This document shows, piece after piece, positions 49,162 to 58,115 of a stretch of DNA of 64,000 nt. The stretch covers positions 1,152,001 to 1,216,000 of the forward strand of contig OZ242318.1 of assembly GCA_965208105.1 (NCBI GenBank). Direction: 5' to 3'. A program made the position numbers and the translations under genes. Position 1 is the stretch's first letter, and each line of letters starts with the position of its first letter. The notes under the pieces were generated by a model. The model was not told the origin of the DNA. It saw only the letters and a program-made list of their open reading frames with translations, and did no database searches. Source of the stretch: Candidatus Latescibacterota bacterium. Its GTDB lineage: Bacteria; Latescibacterota; UBA2968; UBA8231.

Positions 49162-50610
49162 TCACTCGAACCAGTAGGAGTAGAAGCGCGCCCCCTTCAG
49201 GGTGAAGCGCAGGCGCACCGCCTTGCCGGCGTGCTCCGCCATTCCCCCCTCCCGCCAGGAGACCTGGACCCGCGGCCGGTCGGCGTCGATGGGGACCGAT
49301 GCCGCCAGCACCTCGCCGCCGTCTCCCAGGACCTCCGCCCGCAGGAACCCGGAAGCGCCGCCGGCCTTGCGCACGTCCACGTTGACCCACAGCTCCCCTC
49401 CGGGCGCGGTGAAGGGCTCGGTGAGCGCGCGGCCCTCCTCCCCCGCCGCATCCAGGGAGACGAAACCGTCGCGGCGCAGGACCGCCAGGCAGATGGCCCC
49501 GATGTCGGGGTCGGGGTCGGGATGGATCGAGGACTCCTTGCGGCCCGAGTAGTAGAACCAGAGCTCGTCGCCGCGCACCAGGGGATAGGAAGGGGGCAGA
49601 TTCTTGTTGAGGTCGTAGGCGCCGGAATGCATCGGCGACCAGGGGATGAATGTCCCCCGGTTCGCCGCCCGCGCCCAGTTGTGGAGGTCGCGGCTGCACC
49701 ACAACTGGATCAGGGTGAAGCGCAGGGTGTGGCTGCTCCAGCGCTCGCCGCGGGCGTGGTAGATGGCCGGCAGGGCCAGGAAGATGCCCTCGTAGCGGAA
49801 GACTCCGGCGTTGTAGATGTCCACGTTCTGCCACTGCCATTCCGGCGTGCCGGGAAAGGGCTTGAGGTAGTCGGCGTTGGCCGACCGCAGGAATTCCTCG
49901 ATGTGCAGGCGCCCCAGCTCCTGGTCCAGGTCGTCGGCCTGGATGGCGAGAACCGGCTCGCTCCAGTTCTCGAAGTCGGGGCTGGTGCTGATCATGTGGG
50001 AGCGCCCGTAGGTGCCGGTCTTCTTGAAGCTGAGGATGTACTGCGCGCCCAGGCCATCGTAGCTCAGGTTCCACTCGTCGAAGCTCGAGAGGCGGGCGTC
50101 CAGCCGGCTCCATTCGATCCCGTCGGAGGAGACCAGGAAGTCGAGGAAGCGCTCGAACCTCCTTCCCGGCCACGGCTTGCCCTCCGGGTCCACCCGCTCC
50201 GACGAATGCTGCACCCTGCGCCCCGTGTCCAGGTTGACCACGTGGGAGGTGATGCCCTTGAAGCGGCGCCCCTGGTCGGGGTCCGCCGGGTCGTAGAGGA
50301 CGTGGGCCTGGGGCACCATCTCCGCAGGCTGGAGGTCGGCGCCGGCCGGAGTCCAGTGCAGGCCGTCGACGCTCTCGTACCACCTTCCCTCCGCCACGAT
50401 CCTGAAGGCCTTCAGCTCCGGATTCCAGTGCGGGCCGCTGCGGGTCTGCACGTTGCGCTGGCCGCGGGTGAAGTCGGGCCGAATCACCGCCCCTTTCTTC
50501 GAGGGCTGGTGCAGGGTGCGGACCAGGTTCTCCACCTCGGCGAGGCCGTGATCGTCGACGAAGAGCTGCCGCTGTCCTGCCGGAACCTCGAACTTCTCGT
50601 CGTTACTCAT
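49162..50610 (-). CDS. uncharacterised beta-propeller glycoside-hydrolase-like protein (paralog 3)
   Basis: QRQLFVDD, SVDGLHW, SPDFENW, SRDLHNW, LRRDGFVSLDA, FYSYW. Confidence 0.7.
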   Translation of the reverse strand: MSNDEKFEVPAGQRQLFVDDHGLAEVENLVRTLHQPSKKGAVIRPDFTRGQRNVQTRSGPHWNPELKAFRIVAEGRWYESVDGLHWTPAGADLQPAEMVPQAHVLYDPADPDQGRRFKGITSHVVNLDTGRRVQHSSERVDPEGKPWPGRRFERFLDFLVSSDGIEWSRLDARLSSFDEWNLSYDGLGAQYILSFKKTGTYGRSHMISTSPDFENWSEPVLAIQADDLDQELGRLHIEEFLRSANADYLKPFPGTPEWQWQNVDIYNAGVFRYEGIFLALPAIYHARGERWSSHTLRFTLIQLWCSRDLHNWARAANRGTFIPWSPMHSGAYDLNKNLPPSYPLVRGDELWFYYSGRKESSIHPDPDPDIGAICLAVLRRDGFVSLDAAGEEGRALTEPFTAPGGELWVNVDVRKAGGASGFLRAEVLGDGGEVLAASVPIDADRPRVQVSWREGGMAEHAGKAVRLRFTLKGARFYSYWFE

Positions 50611-50744
50611 CGATTTCTCCCGTGGGAAACCCTGCCTTCGGCAAGGAATGGCGGCCATGCTCCAAGCGAAGAATTTGGCACCCTGAAGCTGGTCCTGTCA
50701 AGAAAAAGTGGGTGAGCCGGAAAGTTCCGGAGCCTGCCCTCCCT

Positions 50745-52031
50745 CTACCACGAGTCGACGCCGGCGAGCTTGCGGCCCAGGGGGGTGAGCCTGGCCTCCT
50801 CCACGTCCAGCTCCAGGCCGAACTCGGCGTGCATGAGCTGCGCCACGTCCCATTCGTTCCAGATGCGGCGGTCGTCGCGGCCGTAGGCCTCCCCGCCGCT
50901 GATTGTATTCGGCCAGTGGTGCTCGTTCCAGACGCTGCGGTCGCCGAAGTCGAAGGCGGCCGGAGTGCGGAGCAGGAGCTCGGGCAGGCGGGCAAGCTGG
51001 GCTGGGCTCAGCCGCGGCTCGTGCTGCGGCGCCGGGATCCGCTGGATCGATGCGGCCAGGCCCTCCTCGATGCGCGCCACCACGGGAAGGCCTTCCTGGC
51101 GGGCGTAGGAGTGGTGAACCTCGACGGTGGTCTCGTCCACGAACTCGACCAGGGACTTTCTCAGGATGACCTCGCGGCCCTGCGAACGCACCCGCCAGCC
51201 CGGGTAGGTGGGATGCTCTCCCAGGTTGGCCTCGATGCGCGCGTGGGCCAGGTCGCTGCCGCGATGCCGCCGCAGCCAGCGCTCGACGCCGGCCTCCCGC
51301 ACTCCCAGGGCGTCGGCGATCACCGCCTGGTAGGTCCGCGCCAGCGGCAGGACCCCGCTGCCCGGACCGGCGCCGGCGGGGTGCATGAGAATGTACTGGG
51401 CCAGGCGCGGGCGCTTCGAGGTGTTGCGCCCATTGCCGTGCAGCAGGGCGCCGTGCCAGATGAGCAGGTCGCCGGCCTTGCCGGGAATGGGCACGATATC
51501 GAGCCCGGTGGCATCCGGAGTCTTCGGATGGCGGTCCGGCGGCTGGGTCTCGGCCCACTCCTCGAGCTTGCGGTGGAAGCCCGGAACGCACTGAAACCCG
51601 CCCTGGTCCGCCGCCGTGTCGGTCAGGTAGAGCACCCCCTGCACCCTGAGCGGAATGGGGCGAATGGTGGAATCCATGTCCCAGTGGATGAAGCCCTCGT
51701 ACTCCCACCGGGGACTTACGGGGGGACTCACCGCCACCCGGTCCCGGGAGACGATGAGCTCCTCGGTGCCCAGGAGCTCGGCGAAGGCGGCGTGAACCCG
51801 CGGCGCCTGGCGGTTATCCCAGAGGGCCTGATGGACCGTCAGGTTCACCAGCCCCGCACCGGAGAACTGCACCAGGTCGTAGCATTCCTCGGGGTTCGTG
51901 CAGTCCTTGCCGGTGAATGCCTGCACCGCCTCGAGGACGGCGTCGAGGTTTTCCGGGGGGACCGCATCGGGGATGACGACGTAGCCGTTCTCCTCCCAGA
52001 ACTCGCAGTCGCTGGAACTCAGCGCACCCAT
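50745..52031 (-). CDS. PhyH family dioxygenase with inserted HTH-like domain
   Basis: HWD, QGVLYL.D, GGFQCVPGFH, LLHGN..N..PR; ~180-aa insert before terminal LTPLGRKLAG. Confidence 0.85.
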   Translation of the reverse strand: MGALSSSDCEFWEENGYVVIPDAVPPENLDAVLEAVQAFTGKDCTNPEECYDLVQFSGAGLVNLTVHQALWDNRQAPRVHAAFAELLGTEELIVSRDRVAVSPPVSPRWEYEGFIHWDMDSTIRPIPLRVQGVLYLTDTAADQGGFQCVPGFHRKLEEWAETQPPDRHPKTPDATGLDIVPIPGKAGDLLIWHGALLHGNGRNTSKRPRLAQYILMHPAGAGPGSGVLPLARTYQAVIADALGVREAGVERWLRRHRGSDLAHARIEANLGEHPTYPGWRVRSQGREVILRKSLVEFVDETTVEVHHSYARQEGLPVVARIEEGLAASIQRIPAPQHEPRLSPAQLARLPELLLRTPAAFDFGDRSVWNEHHWPNTISGGEAYGRDDRRIWNEWDVAQLMHAEFGLELDVEEARLTPLGRKLAGVDSW

Positions 52032-52122
52032 TGTTCTCTCCTTCGGATTCGGAACGCCCTTGCGCGGCGGGGCGCCCCCTCAGTCGGACCTGTCGGCGGC
52101 GGACGCGGCATTCCGGTTTCTC

Positions 52123-52920
52123 CTATGTCCACCGTTCGCAGCCGCGGAAGGCCATGTGGTCGCCGGCCACGTAGCGCGGGCTGGGCTGGTAGAGGTGGGT
52201 GTTGATTCCCGCGGCCGCTTCGCCGCGAAACAGGAATGCGCTGGGCCAGTCTTCCTGGACGATCCGGGTTGTGGCGGGGATGTACTGTATGGTACCGCCC
52301 CGGCGCCAGGAAGCGCTGCGGTTGGGTTCGGACCCGTGCACAAGCAGAGGGTGATGCACCGAGACGTCTCCGGGTTCGAGCTCCAGGTCCACCGCCCTGC
52401 CCGCATCGAGGACGGCGGGGTCAACCGGGTTGAGCAGGGTGTCGGCGTCCCTCCGCGGGGAATGTTGCTGAAGGCCCAGACGGTGGGACCCGGGGATGAC
52501 CCGGACGCAGCCGTTTGCCCGCGTCGAATGCGACACCGCAAACCAGACGGTGATGACTTCCATGGGTTCCAGGGGCCAGTAGTGGCCGTCCTGGTGCCAG
52601 TGGATCCCCTTGCCGGACCGGGGCGGCTTGGCGATGTAGTCGGCGGCGAAGAAGGCGATGTGCGGACCGACCAGGACCTGGGCGAGGTCGAGCAGGCGGT
52701 CGTCGCTGAGAAAGCGAACCCAGAACGGATCCCGGGCGATGAGCCAGTGCCCCAGTCCCTCCGGTTCCAGCTCGGGATGGCGCTCCATGAGCCAGTCGAT
52801 GTGGCGGTCCACCTCCCGGACCAGGGCAGGGTCCAGGACCGAGCGGACGACGGCGCACCCGTCGCGCGCGTAGGCGTCCTTCAGGCCGTCGAGCCGGCCT
52901 CGGTGGAACTCCCCGATCAT
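52123..52920 (-). CDS. PhyH family dioxygenase
   Basis: WHQD, NGCVRVIPGSH, VHGS.PN...RR. Confidence 0.9.
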   Translation of the reverse strand: MIGEFHRGRLDGLKDAYARDGCAVVRSVLDPALVREVDRHIDWLMERHPELEPEGLGHWLIARDPFWVRFLSDDRLLDLAQVLVGPHIAFFAADYIAKPPRSGKGIHWHQDGHYWPLEPMEVITVWFAVSHSTRANGCVRVIPGSHRLGLQQHSPRRDADTLLNPVDPAVLDAGRAVDLELEPGDVSVHHPLLVHGSEPNRSASWRRGGTIQYIPATTRIVQEDWPSAFLFRGEAAAGINTHLYQPSPRYVAGDHMAFRGCERWT

Positions 52921-52945
52921 CCGCTCTCCTCCATTCCCCCGGCGT

Positions 52946-53791
52946 TCATCCCTCGCTGAACCCGCGGCTCAGGCCCGTGTGCCGCTTGACCAAGTCCTTG
53001 AGTTCTCCCTTCTCCTTCATCGAGGCGAGCTCGATGGTGTCCGCGTCCAGCTCCAGCCCCCTGGCGCGGGCGTCTTCGAGGACCTGGTCCATGGCATCGC
53101 AGCAGTAGAACTGGGGCCGGTAGGAGTAGAACAGCATCACCCGCTCGCGGTCCTTCGGGAGCCAGGGCAAGGCCGCGTGATTGAGCCGCAGGGGCATGAT
53201 GATCATGTCTCCGGCGTTTGCGCACACGTTGATGAAGCCCTCCTTCTGGCGCTCCTCCGGATCGACGGGATAGGCGCCCTTCTCGTAGAACAGCTCGGGC
53301 GGATAAAGGAAGCTCGCCCGGTGGGATCCGGGCACCACGAGAAGGCCGCCGTCTCCCAGCCTCACCTCGGTCAGGTAGATGAAAAAGGCGGCCCAGTCGA
53401 TGTAGATTCGGCGGTTCACCACGTCCGTGTGGAACCTCGGCGCGTCCTCGTGTATCTCGCTCTTGATATCCTTGCGCAGATGGAAGTTGTGAAAGTCCTG
53501 ATCGCAGTTCTGGGTCATGAGGGTGCCGTCGGTGAGGCGCGGCATATTGTTGGTGATGTGGCATACATAGTCCAGCACTTTCGGCGAACAGGCGATTCTC
53601 TCCAGCACCTTGTCGTAGATGAAGGCGTTCCTGTACTTGTAGCCGTAGCCGGAGTCCTGCCTTAGGTCTCCATGGTCCCTGGCGATGCGCTCCGCACTTT
53701 CCAGCGCAAGGCCCAGGGTTTCGCCGTCGATGGCGTTTTCGACCTTGAGATAGCCCAGGGTATCGAACATGTACAATTCCTCTTCGGTCAT
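52946..53791 (-). CDS. PhyH-like dioxygenase
   Basis: YMFDTLGYL, DGGLLVVPGSH, AGD, LNHAALPW. Confidence 0.8.
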   Translation of the reverse strand: MTEEELYMFDTLGYLKVENAIDGETLGLALESAERIARDHGDLRQDSGYGYKYRNAFIYDKVLERIACSPKVLDYVCHITNNMPRLTDGTLMTQNCDQDFHNFHLRKDIKSEIHEDAPRFHTDVVNRRIYIDWAAFFIYLTEVRLGDGGLLVVPGSHRASFLYPPELFYEKGAYPVDPEERQKEGFINVCANAGDMIIMPLRLNHAALPWLPKDRERVMLFYSYRPQFYCCDAMDQVLEDARARGLELDADTIELASMKEKGELKDLVKRHTGLSRGFSEG

Positions 53792-53911
53792 ATCCCACCT
53801 GCTTTCAATTGGGTTGTGGTTGATACGTCCGCTGCACTCCGGTCGGGTGAACCGTCGAAAATTCCCGGCTTCCACTGACGCCGGCGGGGATTTTACCCTG
53901 GCCTGCGGCGC

Positions 53912-54880
53912 TCATGGGACCTCGAGGACCACCTTGCCGAAGGTCCGGTCGCCGGCGATGAGCCGGTGGGCTTCCTCGGTGCGGTCCATGGGGACGACGG
54001 CCTCGATCACCGGCCTGATGGCGCCCGCGGTGATGCGGGGCCAGACGCGGCGGCGCAACTCCGCGAGGATCTCCCCTTTCCGGGCGACGCTGCGCGCCCG
54101 CAAGGTCGAACCCATCAGCTTCAGGCGCCTGGCCATCAGCACCCCGATCGAGAAGGAGGCCTGAGCCCCGCCCATGGCGCCGATGAGCACCAGGCGGCCT
54201 TCGAGACCAAGGCACTCCAGATTGTCCGCCAGGTAAGGACCCCCAACCGGATCGAGGATGACGTCGAAGCCCTCTCCCCCGGTCCACTCCACCGCCCTGT
54301 CGGCGAAGCGCTCGCGGTGGCGGTTGCTGCCGCCGCTGGCGCCCAGGTCCAGGCAGCGGGCGATCTTGTCGTCGCTGCCGGCGGTGACGTAGCAGGGATT
54401 GCCGAACTCCCGGCACAACTGGATGGCGGCGGTGCCGACGCCGCTGGCTCCGGCGTGCAGCAGCGCCTTCTCCCCCTCTCTCAAACCAGCTTCCATGTAA
54501 AGGTTCAGGTAGGCGGTGGCAAAGACCTCGGGCAGGGCCGCGGCTTCGACCATGGAGAGACCCTCAGGAACCGGGAGCACCTGCGGCGCCGGGGCCACCG
54601 CCTTCTCGGCGTAGCCGCCGCCGGCGAGCAGGGCGCACACTTGATCACCAGGCCGCAGCCCCGCGACATCTTCTCCGACGGCCTCCACCACCCCGGCGCA
54701 TTCCAGGCCCAGTACCGCGCTGGCCCCGGGCGGAGGCGGGTAGGCGCCACGGCGCTGCAGCAGGTCGGCGCGGTTCACCGCGCTCGCCCGCACCGCAATC
54801 CCCACCTCGCCGGGACCGGGCCCATGGATCTCGCAGTCGGACCAGGTGAGCCTGTCTCCGTCGATCTGTATGGCTTTCAT
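53912..54880 (-). CDS. NAD(P)H-quinone oxidoreductase, PIG3 family
   Basis: VNRADLLQR, LGLECAG, HAGASGVG, GSTLR. Confidence 0.92.
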   Translation of the reverse strand: MKAIQIDGDRLTWSDCEIHGPGPGEVGIAVRASAVNRADLLQRRGAYPPPPGASAVLGLECAGVVEAVGEDVAGLRPGDQVCALLAGGGYAEKAVAPAPQVLPVPEGLSMVEAAALPEVFATAYLNLYMEAGLREGEKALLHAGASGVGTAAIQLCREFGNPCYVTAGSDDKIARCLDLGASGGSNRHRERFADRAVEWTGGEGFDVILDPVGGPYLADNLECLGLEGRLVLIGAMGGAQASFSIGVLMARRLKLMGSTLRARSVARKGEILAELRRRVWPRITAGAIRPVIEAVVPMDRTEEAHRLIAGDRTFGKVVLEVP

Positions 54881-55024
54881 GGCAGGGGCGGGTTTGCAGC
54901 TTCAACGGGAATGAGATTGCCGGGCCCAGAAAGGATACGCGATCAGCCATCCATGGGCAAGCCTCCGATGGCCCGGTTCCAGGGCAGCCGCGGCCAGCGG
55001 CGCGGCCTGGCTGCGGTCCGCAAG

Positions 55025-55053
55025 TTGACGCCCGGATTCTCCCTGCCTATTAT
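55025..55053 (+). promoter_or_regulatory. sigma70 promoter for PhyH 55141
   Basis: TTGACG, 17 nt, TATTAT. Confidence 0.65.
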
Positions 55054-55140
55054 CACCGCCGTCGCCCGGAGCTGGCCGGACCCCCGCCCTCGAGGGGCCG
55101 GGGACGATGCCCGGAGACACGGGCGCAAGGAGGAAATCTC

Positions 55141-55959
55141 ATGGCCTCGCGTTTGACTGCCGAGCAGGTGGAATCCTACCAGGAGGAGGGCTACCTGATA
55201 TACGACCAGCCGGTGTTTTCCCACGCCAGGTTCACCGCCCTCAAGGAGCACTGCGAGGCGCGCATGGCGGCATGGGAAGATGCCCTGGGCCGTCCCCTGC
55301 AGACCATCGACCGCTCCCACTTCATCGATCCCAAGCTGAACCAGTGGCTCCTGGCCGACGAGGTGCTCGATCTCGTCGAGCCCATCATCGGCCCGGACAT
55401 CGCCCTCTTCGCCAGCTCCTTCATGACCAAGTCCGCGGAGGTGGTGAAGCGCGCTCCCTGGCACGAGGACGCCTCCTACTGGGGCAAGCTCGCCCACCCC
55501 GTCGAAGCCTGCTCCGTATGGCTGGCCATCGATCCCTCGGTGAGCGAAAACGGCTGCATGCGGGTCATTCCCCGCTCCCACCGCCAGCGCAACCGCGAGC
55601 ACGTCTATCTGAGCGACGCCAGCGGGTCGCTGCTGAGCCGCGAGGTGAGGGCGGACGCCTTCGATGAATCAGAAGCGGTGGACTGCATTCTGGATTCCAA
55701 CACCTGCTCGCTGCACGACGCCTACCTGCTCCACGGCTCCAACGCCAACAACGGCACCATGCGCCGCTGCGGATTCCAGATGCGCTACATGCCGACGACG
55801 GTCAAAGCCAAGAGCTACAAGGGGCACTGCATGTACCTCGCCCGCGGCAGGGACCGCGCCGGCAACGAATACGGCGACCCCGACAAGGTGAACGAGGAAT
55901 TTCTGGCGGCCAATCCCGGGCAGCGGCTCCTGGCGGACATAGCCCGGGAGCTCGGCTGA
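55141..55959 (+). CDS. PhyH family dioxygenase
   Basis: PWHED, WLAID..ENGCM.VIP.SH, LHGSNAN, RR. Confidence 0.9.
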   Translation: MASRLTAEQVESYQEEGYLIYDQPVFSHARFTALKEHCEARMAAWEDALGRPLQTIDRSHFIDPKLNQWLLADEVLDLVEPIIGPDIALFASSFMTKSAEVVKRAPWHEDASYWGKLAHPVEACSVWLAIDPSVSENGCMRVIPRSHRQRNREHVYLSDASGSLLSREVRADAFDESEAVDCILDSNTCSLHDAYLLHGSNANNGTMRRCGFQMRYMPTTVKAKSYKGHCMYLARGRDRAGNEYGDPDKVNEEFLAANPGQRLLADIARELG

Positions 55960-55986
55960 AGCGCGCAGACGCCGGCAAACCCCGGC

Positions 55987-57966
55987 TCACCAGCGGTGCA
56001 GCCAGTGCGACACCCCCGGAAACCAGACCCGGTCCACCCCCCGCGCCAGGATGATCCCCAGCACGTAGCCCACCACCATTCCGTAGAACAGGGGCTTCCC
56101 CGCCGCGTAGATGCGCACTCCCCCGAAGCGCAGCAGGCCGAACTTGGCCATCCACACCACGAGCAGACTGAACCAGTAGAGCCAGGCGCCGATGGTGTAC
56201 TGAAATGCCAGCCCCACCGGATGGAGGGGGAACCAGTGGAAGCGCATGCGCAGGTAGGCCACCCCGGCGGCCTCGAAGAAACCCGTGAGCCACACCACCC
56301 ACTTGCCCGCCGAGGCCACCGTGGGACTGTTGATCAGGCGCACCATGGCGTCGAGGGTGCGGTCGTTGCCGCTCAGGCCGTGGATCATCATGGAATAGGC
56401 CTCGTAGATGGTGGTTCCGGCGACGGAGAGAAAGCCGGCGGCAAAGGCGACCATGACCGCCGCGGTTACCCACCCCGGCTGGCGCTCTATGGAGAAGATG
56501 CGCAGGTGGTGCACGATGGCGGGCCACCCCGGTATGCGCCCGCCCGACCCGAAGAAGACATTGCTGGTGAACATCTGGAAGCCCACCACCGAGCGCGGCG
56601 ACAGGTGGGTGGTGCCCGCCAGGTGGAGCATGAAGGACTCGCCCTTGAGATTGGGATCGTTGGGGATGAGGTAGGCGAACCCGGTGGCCGCCAGCAGCTT
56701 GACGGTGACGAAGTGGACCAGGGTGAAGAGCAGCAGCAGAACGAGGGCGAATACCAGGTTCGCGCCCAGGGCCACGACCCAGGCGGTGACGTAGGCTCCG
56801 GAGGCCGCCAGGCCGAAGAGCGCCCAGCGGTAGCGCCGGGTTTGGCGGGGGTCTCCCTCTCCGCTCAGGGCCTGCCGCCAGATGGCCGCGAGGTGCCGCC
56901 GCGCCAGCCATATGGACCACAGCGCCACGAAGATCAGGGCGCCGTAGCTTTCCATGTAGAGAATCTCGTGCACGCTCAGGGGGTTGTCATCGGCGCCGAC
57001 GGAGACTCCTATGCGGTTCATCGCCCATTCCTTGGGCAGGGTGAGCCAGTAGAACACTATGAGGCTGGCGAGAATGTCCAGGGGGCAGAGATAGGCGACG
57101 GCGAGGACCAGGGGGAGCAGGCGGATCACCAGGCCGCGGGCGATGTTCTCTCCCAGGTCCACCTTGTACTGTTCGAAGAAGATCCCCACCATGGGGAGCC
57201 CGGGCACGAAATAGGTGACGACGTTGTAGGCCGCGGGCAGGAAAACCACCGCCGCCCCGGCCCAGAACAACCGGGATCTGAATACCCTGGGGACGCGTCC
57301 GGGGCCGTCGCATCCGGCGCTCAGGTCCAGCGGCATCTGGGCGAGGGGATAGGTCAGCTTTTCCCTTTCGACCCACTGGCGGTGGAAGAGTACGAAGATG
57401 CAGAAGCCGAAGACGAGCATCCCCATGGACACCCCGAACCACTGCCCGACGGCGCCTGCCCAGCCGCTCCAGGGTATGCCGGCGTCGCGCTCCAGGCCGT
57501 ACCAGAACCCGTCGATGACCCTCGGTTCGGTGCTGGTGAACACGTGCCAGGGCAGGATGTCGAACAGGAGTTCCGCCCACTGGTTCTCGGGGCTGGCGGC
57601 GTGGGTGGGCATGGCGGCGAGCTTGGCCAGGTCCCACATCCAGCCGTTGGCGGGAATGGTGCCCACCACCCATCCGGTGGTGAATATGGTGAGCAGCTCG
57701 CCTCTGCGCAGGGCCAGCCGCGGTGAGAGGGTGCGGAGCAGGGAGTTGGCGAAGAGCCAGAAGACGAAGGAGATGAGCACCATCAACGGCAGCTGGGAGC
57801 TCACCGAAAGGTGGAGCAGGTGCACCACCAGGGCGAAGGAAAAGACTCCCAGGATGACGGCGCGCAGGGTGATCGCAGGCCCCCCCGGCGGGGCGTCGCC
57901 GGAGGGCCCCAGAGGCGCTCCCCCTGCATCTGCTGACTGGCGGCTGAGTGGAGTGTCCTGGCTCAT
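55987..57966 (-). CDS. DUF6785/DUF6784-type multi-pass membrane protein (paralog A)
   Basis: ITLRAV, QWVEREKLTYPLAQ, WFPLHPVG, GKPLFYG; many TM segments. Confidence 0.75.
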   Translation of the reverse strand: MSQDTPLSRQSADAGGAPLGPSGDAPPGGPAITLRAVILGVFSFALVVHLLHLSVSSQLPLMVLISFVFWLFANSLLRTLSPRLALRRGELLTIFTTGWVVGTIPANGWMWDLAKLAAMPTHAASPENQWAELLFDILPWHVFTSTEPRVIDGFWYGLERDAGIPWSGWAGAVGQWFGVSMGMLVFGFCIFVLFHRQWVEREKLTYPLAQMPLDLSAGCDGPGRVPRVFRSRLFWAGAAVVFLPAAYNVVTYFVPGLPMVGIFFEQYKVDLGENIARGLVIRLLPLVLAVAYLCPLDILASLIVFYWLTLPKEWAMNRIGVSVGADDNPLSVHEILYMESYGALIFVALWSIWLARRHLAAIWRQALSGEGDPRQTRRYRWALFGLAASGAYVTAWVVALGANLVFALVLLLLFTLVHFVTVKLLAATGFAYLIPNDPNLKGESFMLHLAGTTHLSPRSVVGFQMFTSNVFFGSGGRIPGWPAIVHHLRIFSIERQPGWVTAAVMVAFAAGFLSVAGTTIYEAYSMMIHGLSGNDRTLDAMVRLINSPTVASAGKWVVWLTGFFEAAGVAYLRMRFHWFPLHPVGLAFQYTIGAWLYWFSLLVVWMAKFGLLRFGGVRIYAAGKPLFYGMVVGYVLGIILARGVDRVWFPGVSHWLHRW

Positions 57967-58115
57967 TCAGGATGCGGGCTGCAGAAGCCTTGCCGGAGCG
58001 GGCGGTGCCCGGCCGGTTGCGGCGGTGGCGGGTGCCCCGGTCCCGGACCTCCAGGCGATGGAAATGCCGCGGACCGGGGAATGGAGGGGGATTTCCGCGA
58101 AAAGGCTCCCGGTGG

